Of a stretch of 64,000 nt of DNA, positions 12,587 to 23,122 are shown one piece after another. The position numbers and the translations under genes were made by a program. Below the pieces are notes generated by a model. That model did no database searches. It saw only the letters and a program-made list of their open reading frames with translations, and was not told where the DNA came from. Every line of letters starts with the position of its first letter. Within the stretch, counting starts at the first letter, position 1. Origin of the DNA: Candidatus Omnitrophota bacterium (GTDB lineage: Bacteria; Omnitrophota; Gorgyraeia; Velamenicoccales; JABMQK01); the NCBI GenBank assembly GCA_028711115.1, contig JAQTSV010000001.1, positions 1,304,928 to 1,368,927 of the forward strand, given 5' to 3'.

Positions 12587-13843
12587 TTACAATAATTCTC
12601 CCACCAAATCGTATTCTAAGGTATCTATAATCTTTACTTTGCGGAATTCTCCGGGTAAAAGTTTTGTTTTGCTTTTTAGATAAACCGTGCCATCAACCTC
12701 CGGGGCATCCTGTTCTAATCTGGCCAAATATAAATCTTTTTCTGCCTCGTCTTTTTCATCAATCATAACTTCTTTTACTTTGCCTAAAAGAGATTCATTC
12801 AGCTTTGAGGCGATTTCTCTCTGAACAGACATTATTCTGCCAAACCTTGCCCTTTTAGTCCTGGAATGAATTTGATTCTTGAAAGAATAAGCTTTCGTGT
12901 CTTCTTCCCTGGAATAGACAAACGCCCCCAGGCGCTCGAATTTTACTTCTTTCAAGAAATTTATCAGCTCCTGGAATTCTTTTTCTGTTTCCGTGGGAAA
13001 ACCTGCAATAATTGATGTGCGCAGATAGACATTATCAATTCTTTTTCTTATCTTCTTTATCAAAGACATGATCTGCGATTTTGTGGTGTTTCTGTTCATA
13101 AGCTTTAGAATCCTATTGTTTATGTGCTGAATGGGAATATCTATATATTTACAGATTCTTTCTTCTTTGGCTATCAAATCAATCAGTTCATCACTGATAC
13201 GGCCCGGATTAAGATATAACAATCTAATCCAACGGATATTATGAGTATTCTTTAAGATATCTTTTATAAGTTCGGCCAGCTGCGGTTTGCTACAACAATC
13301 CACGCCATACAAAGTAATATCTTGGCCGACGAGATTAATCTCCTTGGTGTTATTTTTGTCTAACAGTTTGACCTGTTCGATAATTGATTCTCTGGTTCTG
13401 CTGTGCAGCTTGCCTTTAATCTTGGGAATCACGCAATAGCTACAGAGATTTCCGCATCCCTCGGAAATTTTCACATAGGCAAAGTGCTGCGGCGTAAGCG
13501 AATGTTTAACAATAAATCTGCCGTTCAACTCAAGCCTGCCTACAAATGCATCGATATCGCCAAGATGTTTTACCAATTCATCTTTATATCTTTCCACCAG
13601 GCAGCCGTGGACTATTATCTTTTTAACAAGCCCCTTCTTTTTTAATTCGATAAGGCCAAGTATCGTATCTATGGATTCTTCTTTTGCCTCCTGGATAAAG
13701 GCGCATGTATTGACGATAACTACATCTGCTTTTTCTAATTCAGTGATTTGAAAATTCTTTTCTTTGAGGCGGGATACTATGGATTCGGAATCAACGAGGT
13801 TGCGCGGACAGCCCAAGGAAACTATGCCGATACGCAGGCTCAT
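12587..13843 (-). CDS. rimO: Ribosomal protein S12 methylthiotransferase RimO
   Basis: UPF0004 N-domain (IVSLGCPRNLVDSE), radical SAM motif CGNLCSYC and a C-terminal TRAM domain. Confidence 0.85.
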   Translation of the reverse strand: MSLRIGIVSLGCPRNLVDSESIVSRLKEKNFQITELEKADVVIVNTCAFIQEAKEESIDTILGLIELKKKGLVKKIIVHGCLVERYKDELVKHLGDIDAFVGRLELNGRFIVKHSLTPQHFAYVKISEGCGNLCSYCVIPKIKGKLHSRTRESIIEQVKLLDKNNTKEINLVGQDITLYGVDCCSKPQLAELIKDILKNTHNIRWIRLLYLNPGRISDELIDLIAKEERICKYIDIPIQHINNRILKLMNRNTTKSQIMSLIKKIRKRIDNVYLRTSIIAGFPTETEKEFQELINFLKEVKFERLGAFVYSREEDTKAYSFKNQIHSRTKRARFGRIMSVQREIASKLNESLLGKVKEVMIDEKDEAEKDLYLARLEQDAPEVDGTVYLKSKTKLLPGEFRKVKIIDTLEYDLVGELL

Positions 13844-14643
13844 TTATTTATATTTATGCCTTCCCTGGTAATCAATACGCTCTTTAAAAGCTGACCTCTT
13901 CTTCCTATAGGCGGTAAGATTTTCCCGTTCAGTTCCAATTTAACTATACCTGCATTGGCAAGCCAGAGCTCAATGCTTTCTTTGGCCTGCCAGGTTTCAG
14001 AACTAGATTTCTTAAGTATGCGCTTAAACACAACTTTGCCGTCTACTTTTACCTGCATCCACGTATCTCCTTCGGCAAAAATAGTAAGCCTTAAGATATC
14101 GTTTATTTTGGGAAAGGATTCTTTTAATATGCCCTTTTCTTTGGGTTTGGTATTTGCAGCCTCAGTGCGCGGGACAGAAATCAATGATTTTTTCGCAGTA
14201 ACTTTTTCTGCCGGCGTAATTATCCTTCTATGAAAACATTGTGCAATGCTAACCAGCAGCAAAAAGATAATCAAAAATATCATAATATTCTTAAGGTATT
14301 TAAACGGAAAATGAAAATTAGATAAAATCTCCAGCCTGGACGGGCTTTGTATTTTTTCTCCTTTGGCTGTAAAGGAAGCATCCAGTGGTATCCTTTTTTC
14401 CTTGGGCATTGCCGGATACAAGTATTTATTCAGTTCCTGACGGTTAATCCCCAAAAATTTTGCGTAAATCTTTATATAACTTTTTACATAGACATGGCTA
14501 AGCCCCAGGGTCGTACCTTCTTCCAGCGCATGTAATATCTTGGGATGAATCTTGGTAGCCTTATAGGCCTCTTCCAGAGAAATGCCTTTTCCTTCACGGG
14601 CTTCCTTCAATACTATGCTGATGGGTTTAACAGGTGAACTCAT
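13840..14643 (-). CDS. rodZ: RodZ-like cytoskeleton protein (HTH domain, one TM helix, DUF4115)
   Basis: N-terminal Xre-type HTH, a central TM helix and a C-terminal DUF4115-like beta domain. Confidence 0.7.
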   Translation of the reverse strand: MSSPVKPISIVLKEAREGKGISLEEAYKATKIHPKILHALEEGTTLGLSHVYVKSYIKIYAKFLGINRQELNKYLYPAMPKEKRIPLDASFTAKGEKIQSPSRLEILSNFHFPFKYLKNIMIFLIIFLLLVSIAQCFHRRIITPAEKVTAKKSLISVPRTEAANTKPKEKGILKESFPKINDILRLTIFAEGDTWMQVKVDGKVVFKRILKKSSSETWQAKESIELWLANAGIVKLELNGKILPPIGRRGQLLKSVLITREGININK

Positions 14644-16868
14644 TGCGTTTCCTCTTTCTTATTATCTTTGAGATAAGTTTCTTTATCTACAATTATTTCC
14701 CTGGGCTTGCTTCCCCGGTAAGGGCCTACTATGCCTTCTTCTTCCATCATATCTATCAATCGCGCTGCACGCGTATACCCCAGGCGCAATCTTCTCTGTA
14801 AAATTGATACTGATGCATGCTGAGATTCCAGTATTAATTTAACTGCCGTATCAAACAACTCATCTTTCTCAAAGTTGCCGACGATAGCACTCTTCTCCTG
14901 GCCTTTGAGTATTTCCTCATCATATATGGGCTCTGCCTGTTTGCAGATGAATTCTATCACTCTTTCTATTTCGCTGTCCTGCAGATAACTGCCTTGCGCC
15001 CTGATTAACTTTTCCTCTCCGGGCTTTAAGAATAGCATATCACCTCTTCCTAAAAGTTTATCTGCGCCATTCATATCCAGGACTGTGCGGGAATCGACTT
15101 TTGAAGCTACCTTAAAGGAAATCCGTGCGGGAAAGTTTGCCTTGATTACGCCCGTAATCACATCTACCGACGGACGCTGTGTGGCCAGAATCAAATGAAT
15201 ACCTACGGCGCGGGACAACTGGGCCAGGCGCGTAATTGCCTCTTCGATTTGATTCTGGGCAACCACCATAAGGTCGGCCAATTCATCAATTATTATAACT
15301 ATATAAGGAAGCCTCTGTTTCTTCTGATTATAATTATCTATATTGCGCACGCCTTCTTTGGCCAAAAGCTGATACCTTGATTCCATTTCCCCGACTACCC
15401 AATTAAGCGCGCTGGAGACTTTTTTGGCGTCTGTCACCACCGGGCATAATAAATGCGGCAGGCCATTAAAAGGGGCGAGCTCGACCATCTTGGGATCAAC
15501 CATTAAAAATTTTACTTCCGAAGGAGTGGCATTAAATAACATAGAGATAATTATACTGTTGACGCAAACAGTCTTGCCGGAACCTGTGGTTCCTGCAATC
15601 AATAAATGTGGCATCTCGCCCAAATCAGAGATAACCGGTTTTCCGGCAATATCCTTGCCCAAAGCCAGCGTTAATTTTGATTTATTCTTCTGGAAGTCCG
15701 GAGACGTCAATACCTCTTTAAGATATACTATGCTGCTGTGGCTATTGGGAACTTCTACGCCCACAGCTGACTTGCCGGGAATAGGAGCTACAATCCTCAC
15801 GGAAGTTGCCTTAAGCGCCAGAGAAATATCATCTGACAATGTGACGATTTTCTGTATTTTTACCCCTGGTGCCGGCTCTAATTCATAACGCGTGATAACC
15901 GGGCCTCTCTCTACGTTGGCAACCCTTACGCTGATACCGAAATCAGAAAGCGTATCCGCCAGTATATTTGCATTTGCCTGCAAGTCATCTTTTATCTGAC
16001 GCATGGATAACGGCGGCGGAGAATCCAATAAATCCAGAGTAGGCAGAACATAATTTTCATCTTCTATCTGCCTGAGAGGTTCTTTCTCGGAAATTTTTTC
16101 TTTGGAAGCTGAATCCGGTTTTGCTATCTGAATCTTGGGTTTTGCAATACCTGGAATTTCAATTTTTGGTATAATGGGTTTTTTATCGGTTTTAACGAGC
16201 GGCTCTTCAAATTTTGGCTTAGGCTGAGGCATTTCTGTTTTTATGGCAGTTGACTTTATTTTTTCTGCCGGCCTTGGGGAAATGCGGCTAAGTTCTGCCT
16301 TATTGACCTGAGAAGAAATCAAATCGCTGACAAAAAAAGTGAATTGTTTGATCAAAGTAAATAAAGGAATGACGGATATCTCAACCACCAAAGGCAGAGA
16401 CAATAACCCCAGGCTTATAATAATAACGTATGCACCCACTATGCCAAAATAATTAATCAGAAAGTCAGAAAATATCAAACCCAGCATTCCGCCGCGGTGG
16501 AATCTTATTGTGCTCGTGGGTGCCAAAAATATAGCAAAGAATGAGCTGAAAGATAAAAATGCAACTATAAGGCCAATGATGCGGCTCACACCTATAGATA
16601 CCTCCATCCGCTTAAACCACTTCATGCTGAAAATGAATAAAATGAAAGGAATCAAATATGAGGCATGGCCGAAAATAAAATATAAAACCCCTGATAAATA
16701 TACGCCGAAAGTATTAGTCAGGTTTCTTGCGGGAACGTTGGGAGAAGAGGTGTACCACTGGAGATCTTGCGGAGTGTAAGAGATAAGACTTAAGAAAACT
16801 AAAAAAGCTAAGGATAGAAAGATTATGCCTATTACTTCTTCAAGGTATTTATTCTTTATCACAGCCAT
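14640..16868 (-). CDS. ftsK: DNA translocase FtsK
   Basis: N-terminal TM helices, a proline- and lysine-rich linker, a motor domain with Walker A GTTGSGKTV and a C-terminal gamma winged helix. Confidence 0.95.
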   Translation of the reverse strand: MAVIKNKYLEEVIGIIFLSLAFLVFLSLISYTPQDLQWYTSSPNVPARNLTNTFGVYLSGVLYFIFGHASYLIPFILFIFSMKWFKRMEVSIGVSRIIGLIVAFLSFSSFFAIFLAPTSTIRFHRGGMLGLIFSDFLINYFGIVGAYVIIISLGLLSLPLVVEISVIPLFTLIKQFTFFVSDLISSQVNKAELSRISPRPAEKIKSTAIKTEMPQPKPKFEEPLVKTDKKPIIPKIEIPGIAKPKIQIAKPDSASKEKISEKEPLRQIEDENYVLPTLDLLDSPPPLSMRQIKDDLQANANILADTLSDFGISVRVANVERGPVITRYELEPAPGVKIQKIVTLSDDISLALKATSVRIVAPIPGKSAVGVEVPNSHSSIVYLKEVLTSPDFQKNKSKLTLALGKDIAGKPVISDLGEMPHLLIAGTTGSGKTVCVNSIIISMLFNATPSEVKFLMVDPKMVELAPFNGLPHLLCPVVTDAKKVSSALNWVVGEMESRYQLLAKEGVRNIDNYNQKKQRLPYIVIIIDELADLMVVAQNQIEEAITRLAQLSRAVGIHLILATQRPSVDVITGVIKANFPARISFKVASKVDSRTVLDMNGADKLLGRGDMLFLKPGEEKLIRAQGSYLQDSEIERVIEFICKQAEPIYDEEILKGQEKSAIVGNFEKDELFDTAVKLILESQHASVSILQRRLRLGYTRAARLIDMMEEEGIVGPYRGSKPREIIVDKETYLKDNKKEETQ

Positions 16869-16880
16869 ACTGTGCCAAAG

Positions 16881-18959
16881 CTATTCCGCTTGTTTCTTGC
16901 TTAAATTTATCCTGCCAAGCTCGTCTATCTCAATGACCTTTACTTTAAATTCATCACCTAATTTTACTTCATTATCTAAGGATTTGATAAATTTATTTGA
17001 AAATTCGGAAATATGAACCAAACCTTCCTTGCCGGAAGGCAGCTCGCAAAAAGCGCCGAAGTTAGTAATACGTTTTACCTTGGCTGTAAAAACCTGGCCC
17101 ACCTCTAATTCCTGGACTATGGCATTGATCATCTCGATGGCTTTGTTTGATTTTTCTGCTTCTGTAGAAGCCACCAGCACCGTGCCGTCTTCCTCGATGT
17201 CTATGGTAGCTCCCGTAGAATCGATGATTTTACGGATGGTCTTTCCGCCAGGGCCAATGAGCTCTCCGATTTTCTCCTGCTTTATCTTTAAACTTGTAAT
17301 TCTTGGCGCATAGTCAGAGAGATTTTGCCGCGGAGCAGAAATTACCTGATACATTTTGTCTAAAATCTGCAAACGCGCCTTATGTGACTGCTCCAACGCC
17401 TTCTTTAATAAATCCAAATTCACACATTCTATTTTTAAATCTAATTGTATAGCAGTGACTCCTGCTTTGGTACCAGCTACTTTAAAATCCATATCTCCGT
17501 GATGGTCTTCCAGGCCGTTAATATCCGTAAGCAGAACATATTTATCATTCTCTTTGACTAAACCTAAAGCCACACCGGCAACCGGATCGCTTATAGGCAC
17601 GCCTGCGTCCATCAGAGATAAAGTAGCTGCGCACACAGTAGCCATACTGGAAGAACCATTGGATTCCAATATCTCGGAGACAACCCTCACAGTATAAGGG
17701 AATTTATCCTTTGCCGGCATTACCACGCTAAGCGACTTTTCTGCCAGGGCGCCGTGGCCGATTTCTCTTCTTCCCGGACCTCTCACAGGTTTAATTTCGC
17801 CTACGCTAAAAGGCGGAAAACTATAATGCAACATAAATGATTTGAAGGTTTCTCCCTCCAATGCATCAATCATCTGCTCATCAGAACGCGTGCCTAAAGT
17901 AGTAATGGATAGACTCTGTGTCTGTCCGCGCGTGAATAATCCTGAGCCATGGGTACGAGGCAACACTCCAACTTCACAAGTTATGGGCCGGATATCCTCT
18001 AGTGTCCTGGAATCCACGCGTATATTTTTTTCTAAAATAGATGCACGGACTTGTTTATTCACAATTTTCTCTATGGCTAAAATTATATCCTCTTTGGTAA
18101 TCTCGCTTCCCTCGGTAACCAGCTCTGTCTCCAGCTCTTTCTTTATAATAAGTTCTGCCTCTTCTCTCTGCTCTTTGTTGCCTATTTGGCATATCTTCTT
18201 TATTCTATCCAAAGAAGAATCTTCTATCTTGGAAATTAACTCTTCGGAGACCAAGAGAGGATCAAATTGCATTTTCTTCTTTGCACATTTGGCTGCCAGA
18301 GATTCCTGCAAGTCAATTGTTGCCTGAAGATTTTTAAAACCGAAATCAATCGCTTTTAAAATCACCTCTTCGCTGATCTGTCTGGCATTGCCTTCAAGCA
18401 TTACTATGCCTTTTCTTGTGCCTACAATCACTAAATCCAAATCGCTTTCTTGTCTTTGTTTATAGCTGGGATTGATTAAGAATCCGTCATTGGACCTTAT
18501 CACGCGGATTACGCCGATGGGGCCATGAAAAGGAATGTCGGAAATTGTCAGCGCCGCTGAAGCACCGATTACTGCCAAAACATCAGGATCATACTCTCCG
18601 TCACTGGAAAGTACTATGCTCATAACCTGGACATCATAATAAAAACCTTTGGGGAATAACGGCCTTATGGGACGGTCGATTAAACGGGCTGTGAGTATTT
18701 CATTTTCCGAAGGCCTTCCCTCGCGCTTGAAGAAACCACCGGGAATCCTTCCTGCAGCATAAGTCTTCTCCTGATATTCCACGGTCAGAGGGAAAAAACT
18801 CATGTCTTCACGGGGCTCTTTGGAAACACAGGCAGTCACCAAAACCACAGTGCCTCCGTATCGGACCGTAACTGCACCGTCTGCCTGGTTGGCAAATTTA
18901 CCCGTCTCTAAAATAATATTCTGTCCTCCGAAAAGGACTTCTACTCGCTCTTGAGTCAT
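16881..18959 (-). CDS. pnp: Polyribonucleotide nucleotidyltransferase (PNPase)
   Basis: Two RNase PH domains plus KH and S1 domains. Lies immediately downstream of rpsO. Confidence 0.97.
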   Translation of the reverse strand: MTQERVEVLFGGQNIILETGKFANQADGAVTVRYGGTVVLVTACVSKEPREDMSFFPLTVEYQEKTYAAGRIPGGFFKREGRPSENEILTARLIDRPIRPLFPKGFYYDVQVMSIVLSSDGEYDPDVLAVIGASAALTISDIPFHGPIGVIRVIRSNDGFLINPSYKQRQESDLDLVIVGTRKGIVMLEGNARQISEEVILKAIDFGFKNLQATIDLQESLAAKCAKKKMQFDPLLVSEELISKIEDSSLDRIKKICQIGNKEQREEAELIIKKELETELVTEGSEITKEDIILAIEKIVNKQVRASILEKNIRVDSRTLEDIRPITCEVGVLPRTHGSGLFTRGQTQSLSITTLGTRSDEQMIDALEGETFKSFMLHYSFPPFSVGEIKPVRGPGRREIGHGALAEKSLSVVMPAKDKFPYTVRVVSEILESNGSSSMATVCAATLSLMDAGVPISDPVAGVALGLVKENDKYVLLTDINGLEDHHGDMDFKVAGTKAGVTAIQLDLKIECVNLDLLKKALEQSHKARLQILDKMYQVISAPRQNLSDYAPRITSLKIKQEKIGELIGPGGKTIRKIIDSTGATIDIEEDGTVLVASTEAEKSNKAIEMINAIVQELEVGQVFTAKVKRITNFGAFCELPSGKEGLVHISEFSNKFIKSLDNEVKLGDEFKVKVIEIDELGRINLSKKQAE

Positions 18960-18969
18960 AAATTTCTCC

Positions 18970-19239
18970 TTACTTCTTTAAGCCCAGTTTATCCAAGAGC
19001 TCTTCGTATTGCTTCGTATCTGTTTGTTTTAAATAATCAAGAAGGGCTCTACGCCTTCCAACCAGACGCAGCAACCCACGGCGGGAATGATGGTCTTTTA
19101 CATGATGCTTAAAGTGTTCTGAAAGTTGATTAATCCTTTCAGTAAGGATTGCGATTTGCACACTGGCAGAACCGGTATCCTTCTCGTGTTTCCTGTAATT
19201 CTCGATCAGCCGTTGTTTTTTTTCCTTTACCAATACCAA
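18970..19239 (-). CDS. rpsO: 30S ribosomal protein S15
   Basis: Typical S15 sequence. TTG start with a GGAGG Shine-Dalgarno 6 nt upstream. Confidence 0.95.
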   Translation of the reverse strand: MVLVKEKKQRLIENYRKHEKDTGSASVQIAILTERINQLSEHFKHHVKDHHSRRGLLRLVGRRRALLDYLKQTDTKQYEELLDKLGLKK

Positions 19240-19300
19240 CCCAAACCTCCTGCTTAAAATAACCAGTTAAATTGCAAATATTTAAATCAGAGTGATAATT

Positions 19301-19329
19301 AGTATAACCTTTCGGATTATTTAAGTCAA
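19301..19329 (-). promoter_or_regulatory. Sigma70-like promoter for rpsO-pnp
   Basis: On the minus strand, TTGACT (19329-19324), a 17-nt spacer, then TATACT (19306-19301). Confidence 0.55.
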
Positions 19330-19402
19330 GATAAAATACCGAGATACGCATACTAACTTGTTTTTATTCAGAAATCTATCTATTAAATGACCCGGCTATT
19401 TA

Positions 19403-19449
19403 CTAAAAATAAATAAGGCCTGATATATCACTATTTTACACCAGGCCTT
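19403..19449 (-). terminator. Intrinsic terminator downstream of cspA
   Basis: AAGGCCUG stem (19442-19449 pairs with 19415-19422), a 19-nt loop, then a U-rich tract on the minus strand. Confidence 0.65.
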
Positions 19450-19464
19450 ATTTATAACTTAGGG

Positions 19465-19665
19465 TTATAACTTCACTACATTCTTAGCTTGTTCGCCTTT
19501 AGGACCTTTTTCGATCTCGAATTCTACTTCTTGACCTTCTTCCAAAGACTTATAGCCAGAACCCTGTATGGCTGTATGATGTACGAATACATCCTTGCCA
19601 TTTTCAGGAGTGATGAAACCATAACCTTTTTGACTGTTGAACCATTTTACTTTTCCTCTTGCCAT
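19465..19665 (-). CDS. cspA: Cold-shock protein (CspA family)
   Basis: RNP1 KGYGFI and RNP2 VFVHH; 66 aa. Confidence 0.95.
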   Translation of the reverse strand: MARGKVKWFNSQKGYGFITPENGKDVFVHHTAIQGSGYKSLEEGQEVEFEIEKGPKGEQAKNVVKL

Positions 19666-19842
19666 TATCTACTATCCTCCTTTCTTCTTGAGATTAATAG
19701 TAAATAATGGCTGAAACAAAAAAGCCGAAAGGCGAAATGTTTCTTCTGCCTTACGGCTTAAGACTTCCACTCCCTTATTTACTACTACTGAACTTAACAA
19801 ATTATTGCTATACAACTAAATCTTCCTTAATAATTTAAGCTA

Positions 19843-19871
19843 AATATATACTAAGTTATGGGGATTGTCAA
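19843..19871 (-). promoter_or_regulatory. Sigma70-like promoter giving a ~170-nt cspA 5' UTR
   Basis: On the minus strand, TTGACA (19871-19866), a 17-nt spacer, then TATATT (19848-19843). Confidence 0.55.
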
Positions 19872-19892
19872 GGAAAATTATGTTTTAGGTAA

Positions 19893-20399
19893 TTATTGCA
19901 CGCTCAATATGGTAATTTCAAATTTTAACTCTTTTCCCGCCAGAATATGATTAAAATTAAGCACAACCGAATTCTCTTTTATCTCCGAAACCACAGCATT
20001 AAACGCCTGGCCCTCTGCGTTTCTGACCTGCAGTATTTGCCCCACGCTGGGAACTAACTCTTTAGGAAGTTCTGACTTGGAAACTTCCTTAAATGCCTTG
20101 GGATCCACATTGCCATAAGCCTCATCCGGAGAAACAATAATTGTGCGCTTATCTCCTGCCTTGAGCCCGTCTAACTGCCTTTCCAATCCTTTAATGATAC
20201 TGCCGTCTCCCTGTACATATTCAAGGGGACCGCCGGTTTTCTCGGAACTGTCAAATACTTTCCCATCAACGGTAAGAATATAATTGAACTTGACCTTCTT
20301 GCCTTTTGTTATCACTTCCTCTGCTCCTTTGGCTGTGGTAATGTAAGTCGATAAACTAAAAACCAGTGCCAAAAATAAAACTCCGCACAAACGCTTCAT
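19893..20399 (-). CDS. FKBP-type peptidyl-prolyl cis-trans isomerase with a signal peptide
   Basis: An N-terminal signal peptide followed by an FKBP/SlyD-like domain (KFNYILTVDGKVFDSS...IVSPDEAYG). Confidence 0.85.
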   Translation of the reverse strand: MKRLCGVLFLALVFSLSTYITTAKGAEEVITKGKKVKFNYILTVDGKVFDSSEKTGGPLEYVQGDGSIIKGLERQLDGLKAGDKRTIIVSPDEAYGNVDPKAFKEVSKSELPKELVPSVGQILQVRNAEGQAFNAVVSEIKENSVVLNFNHILAGKELKFEITILSVQ

Positions 20400-20458
20400 A
20401 TAAATATCCTCCTCTTCATTTTATAAATATATTTTAAAAAGACATGGGCATTTATCTC

Positions 20459-20499
20459 TAAAAGAAAAACGAGGTAGACTTTCCCGTCAGAACCTCGTT
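20459..20499 (-). terminator. Intrinsic terminator
   Basis: ACGAGGU/ACCUCGU stem followed by UUUUUCUUUU on the minus strand, upstream of the FKBP gene. Confidence 0.6.
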
Positions 20500-20692
20500 C
20501 CTGACTATGCTAATATTATTTGCGCTTATAGCTTAGAACTTGACTGAATTAAGCTACTTTGCACTCCTGTCTTGCCTGGGAATATCACCAGACGCTTCCC
20601 GCTGCTAAGAAAATCTATTTTCACAGGACAGTATTTATTCCTTTGCCGTCCTGCTCATTCTCTGATTTTAAAAGTGATCAAGCTAAAGCTAA

Positions 20693-20878
20693 TTAGCCTC
20701 TGCCGGATTTTACCAGTCTCTCAGCCTCAAACCAATCAGACCAATCATTGCCGTGACTATAGCCTCTCTTTACATAAAGTTCGTAGGCCTTTTTCTGAAT
20801 TCTGGCTGTGAGATCTTCCGATTTTCCAGAGCTTTTCGAGAACATGTTCTGTTTCGTATTTTTGTTTTGCTTCATCAT
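20693..20878 (-). CDS. DUF2934-like small protein
   Basis: ARIQKKAYELYVKRGYSHGNDWSDWFEAERLV fits the DUF2934 signature (AYxxW/YxxRG..G.dxxDWxxAE). Confidence 0.6.
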   Translation of the reverse strand: MMKQNKNTKQNMFSKSSGKSEDLTARIQKKAYELYVKRGYSHGNDWSDWFEAERLVKSGRG

Positions 20879-20929
20879 CTTTACTTCCTTTCTTTTAATG
20901 ATATTTCAGAAGCTGTCTGCCTTTTGCTG

Positions 20930-21322
20930 CTATTCGCATTTTTTTACGGGATCGCCCTGCCCTTCTTGGGCGGCTTCCTCTGCATCTAAACCTATGACCT
21001 TGGCTATCTTCTCGTCATTTTCTACTACATATTCAATTTCCACATTAGTGCCGGCAGTGATTTCTGCCAATGAACCGATGCTGTCCAATTCGACTCCGGG
21101 GTTTAATTTATAAGCGACTTCTACTTCCTGGCCGGTCTCAGCATCCTGTTCTGTCAATACAATTTGCTCATCGGATATGCTTTTTACAGTTCCGCCGGAA
21201 TATTCCAGCTCTTCTTGCGGCGCCTGCTCTGCCTGTTGTTCTTGTGCAAAAGTTACAGCCAGCAAAGAAACCGTAAAAACTCCCGCCAACAAAATCACGG
21301 CTGTCCATAGAAACTTCTTCAA
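20930..21322 (-). CDS. Hypothetical secreted acidic protein (130 aa)
   Basis: A clear signal peptide and an E/Q-rich mature region. No recognised family. Confidence 0.5.
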   Translation of the reverse strand: MKKFLWTAVILLAGVFTVSLLAVTFAQEQQAEQAPQEELEYSGGTVKSISDEQIVLTEQDAETGQEVEVAYKLNPGVELDSIGSLAEITAGTNVEIEYVVENDEKIAKVIGLDAEEAAQEGQGDPVKKCE

Positions 21323-21588
21323 CTATCTCACCCCCTCCCTAAGATCTTTGATTCTTTGACATTGTTTGCTTGATTTATATTAATGGCTTGCTGCTGTAGG
21401 TGAATATCATACATAACTATAAGCCATCTTGTCAAGTATTTTTAGAACTTAGAGAAATGGTCATATCAATAATTACGAATTGCATAAAAACAGAAGATAA
21501 CCAAGGCATAATTCTTAACTTGTTATATGCCAAATGGTTAATGCTCTATTAATATCAAAGATCGTTGAAATTATCTGCCGGCATTTCC

Positions 21589-21972
21589 TCAGCCCTTGCC
21601 TTTCTGCTGTTTACTCAAGAAAAAGGTTATTGTCCGGGTGAATTCTTTTTTCTTTTGCTCATCCATCCCTAAAAAACATACAGCTATGCCGTATATGTTT
21701 GACTTTTTCTCTACGCTAGATTCGCAGCGCTTGACTTCCCCTGTAAATTGCATGGGCTCCGTCAATGAAGGAAACTGCACCCTGATTTCCAGAATCTGGC
21801 CCGGCTGATATTTTGTGCTGCTGTAAAAAAAACAGCCCCCCTCGCTTATGTCTTTGATGGTGGACGCTTCCCATTCTGCGCTTGTCTTGTCTTGGGGGCG
21901 GAACTTTACTATGAAACCCCAGGATATACGGGGATGGCGTCTTAAACTAATCCATTTGCTTTCATCATTCAT
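21589..21972 (-). CDS. PilZ domain protein (putative c-di-GMP receptor)
   Basis: RxxxR (RRHPR) and DxSxxG (DISEGG) motifs at the correct spacing. Confidence 0.75.
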   Translation of the reverse strand: MNDESKWISLRRHPRISWGFIVKFRPQDKTSAEWEASTIKDISEGGCFFYSSTKYQPGQILEIRVQFPSLTEPMQFTGEVKRCESSVEKKSNIYGIAVCFLGMDEQKKKEFTRTITFFLSKQQKGKG

Positions 21973-21982
21973 AGTTAAATAA

Positions 21983-22963
21983 TTATTTCAGGATTAAATT
22001 GAATAAATATCCGGTAAAAATAATCCCTGTTCCCACAATACCGCCAAAGATTGCCAGCAATTTTATCTTCATTATTTTCTTTAAAATCATAAATTCCGGC
22101 AGAGATAATCCGGTTACCGCCATCATAAATGCCAGGGTTGTGCCCATGCTCACACCCTTCTCGGTCAGAACGCTCACCAGCGGGATAATGCCTGCAGCAT
22201 TAGAATACAAAGGAATACCTATAATAGTAGCCAAAGGCACGGCATACCAAATGTTACCGCCCGCATATTTTGCCAGAAAATCACTAGGCACATATCCGTG
22301 TATCCAGGCGCCCACGCCTATACCGATAATAATATACGGCCACACCCCTTTGATCACAAAAAGCGTATATTCCCTGGCGAATCGGATTCTGTCTTTCGCC
22401 GTCATTTGGAAATTGGTTATGGCAGAATCCGCCGAAGGCTTAAATTTGATGTTCTCTACAAGATTTTCCACTTTCAGCCGTCCTATAATTATTCCTGAAA
22501 TAATGGCGATAATAAGCCCGCTGGCAGTATAAATCAGGGCGATTTTTAAGCCGAACATCCCCAGAAGCAAGATGAGTGCAACCTCGTTAATCATCGGAGA
22601 GGAAACCAGAAAGGAAAATGTAACGCCCAGCGGCACGCCTGCCTCGATAAATCCCAGAAAAAGCGGAATTGCGCTGCAGGTGCAAAACGGCGTAATAATT
22701 CCGAATACCGCTGCCAGCACATTTCCTGTATATTGATTCTTATGAGAAAGCATCTGTCTGATTTTCTGAGGTGGCAGGAACGAACGGATTATGGAAACGC
22801 CAAAAATTATTACCGCAAGCAATATAAAAATCTTTATGGTGTCGTAAATAAAGAAATTTACTGCCTGCGCAAACAGCGTTTCCGGAGGAATTGAGAAAAT
22901 TCGGTAGGTCAGCCAATCCGCAAATAATTTTATGGGGTAAAATATATCCATCATAGTCCCCAT
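21983..22963 (-). CDS. Polytopic permease (COG0701/UPF0718, ArsP/YraQ-like)
   Basis: About 8-10 TM helices and the FCTCS cysteine pair typical of this family. The real start may be the ATG at 22954 or 22951, because a -10-like hexamer sits at 22965-22970. Confidence 0.75.
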   Translation of the reverse strand: MGTMMDIFYPIKLFADWLTYRIFSIPPETLFAQAVNFFIYDTIKIFILLAVIIFGVSIIRSFLPPQKIRQMLSHKNQYTGNVLAAVFGIITPFCTCSAIPLFLGFIEAGVPLGVTFSFLVSSPMINEVALILLLGMFGLKIALIYTASGLIIAIISGIIIGRLKVENLVENIKFKPSADSAITNFQMTAKDRIRFAREYTLFVIKGVWPYIIIGIGVGAWIHGYVPSDFLAKYAGGNIWYAVPLATIIGIPLYSNAAGIIPLVSVLTEKGVSMGTTLAFMMAVTGLSLPEFMILKKIMKIKLLAIFGGIVGTGIIFTGYLFNLILK

Positions 22964-22964
22964 T

Positions 22965-23012
22965 ATGATATCTCAAACAAAAACCCTCTGCAAGCATTTT
23001 GCTCACAGAGGG
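22965..23012 (-). promoter_or_regulatory. Hairpin-plus-promoter cassette, copy 1
   Basis: Minus strand: CCCTCTG..CAGAGGG hairpin, T-run, with TTGCAG (22993-22988), a 17-nt spacer, then TATCAT (22970-22965). Confidence 0.55.
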
Positions 23013-23122
23013 CGATAACTTCCGGTTTTCCCTATCGCACGAGTTTTTGAGTATCTTAATCTTTTACCTAACGAAATCCCGCTGTTTTTTAGCGAGACGC
23101 CGCTGGCCAATATCAGAAAAAA

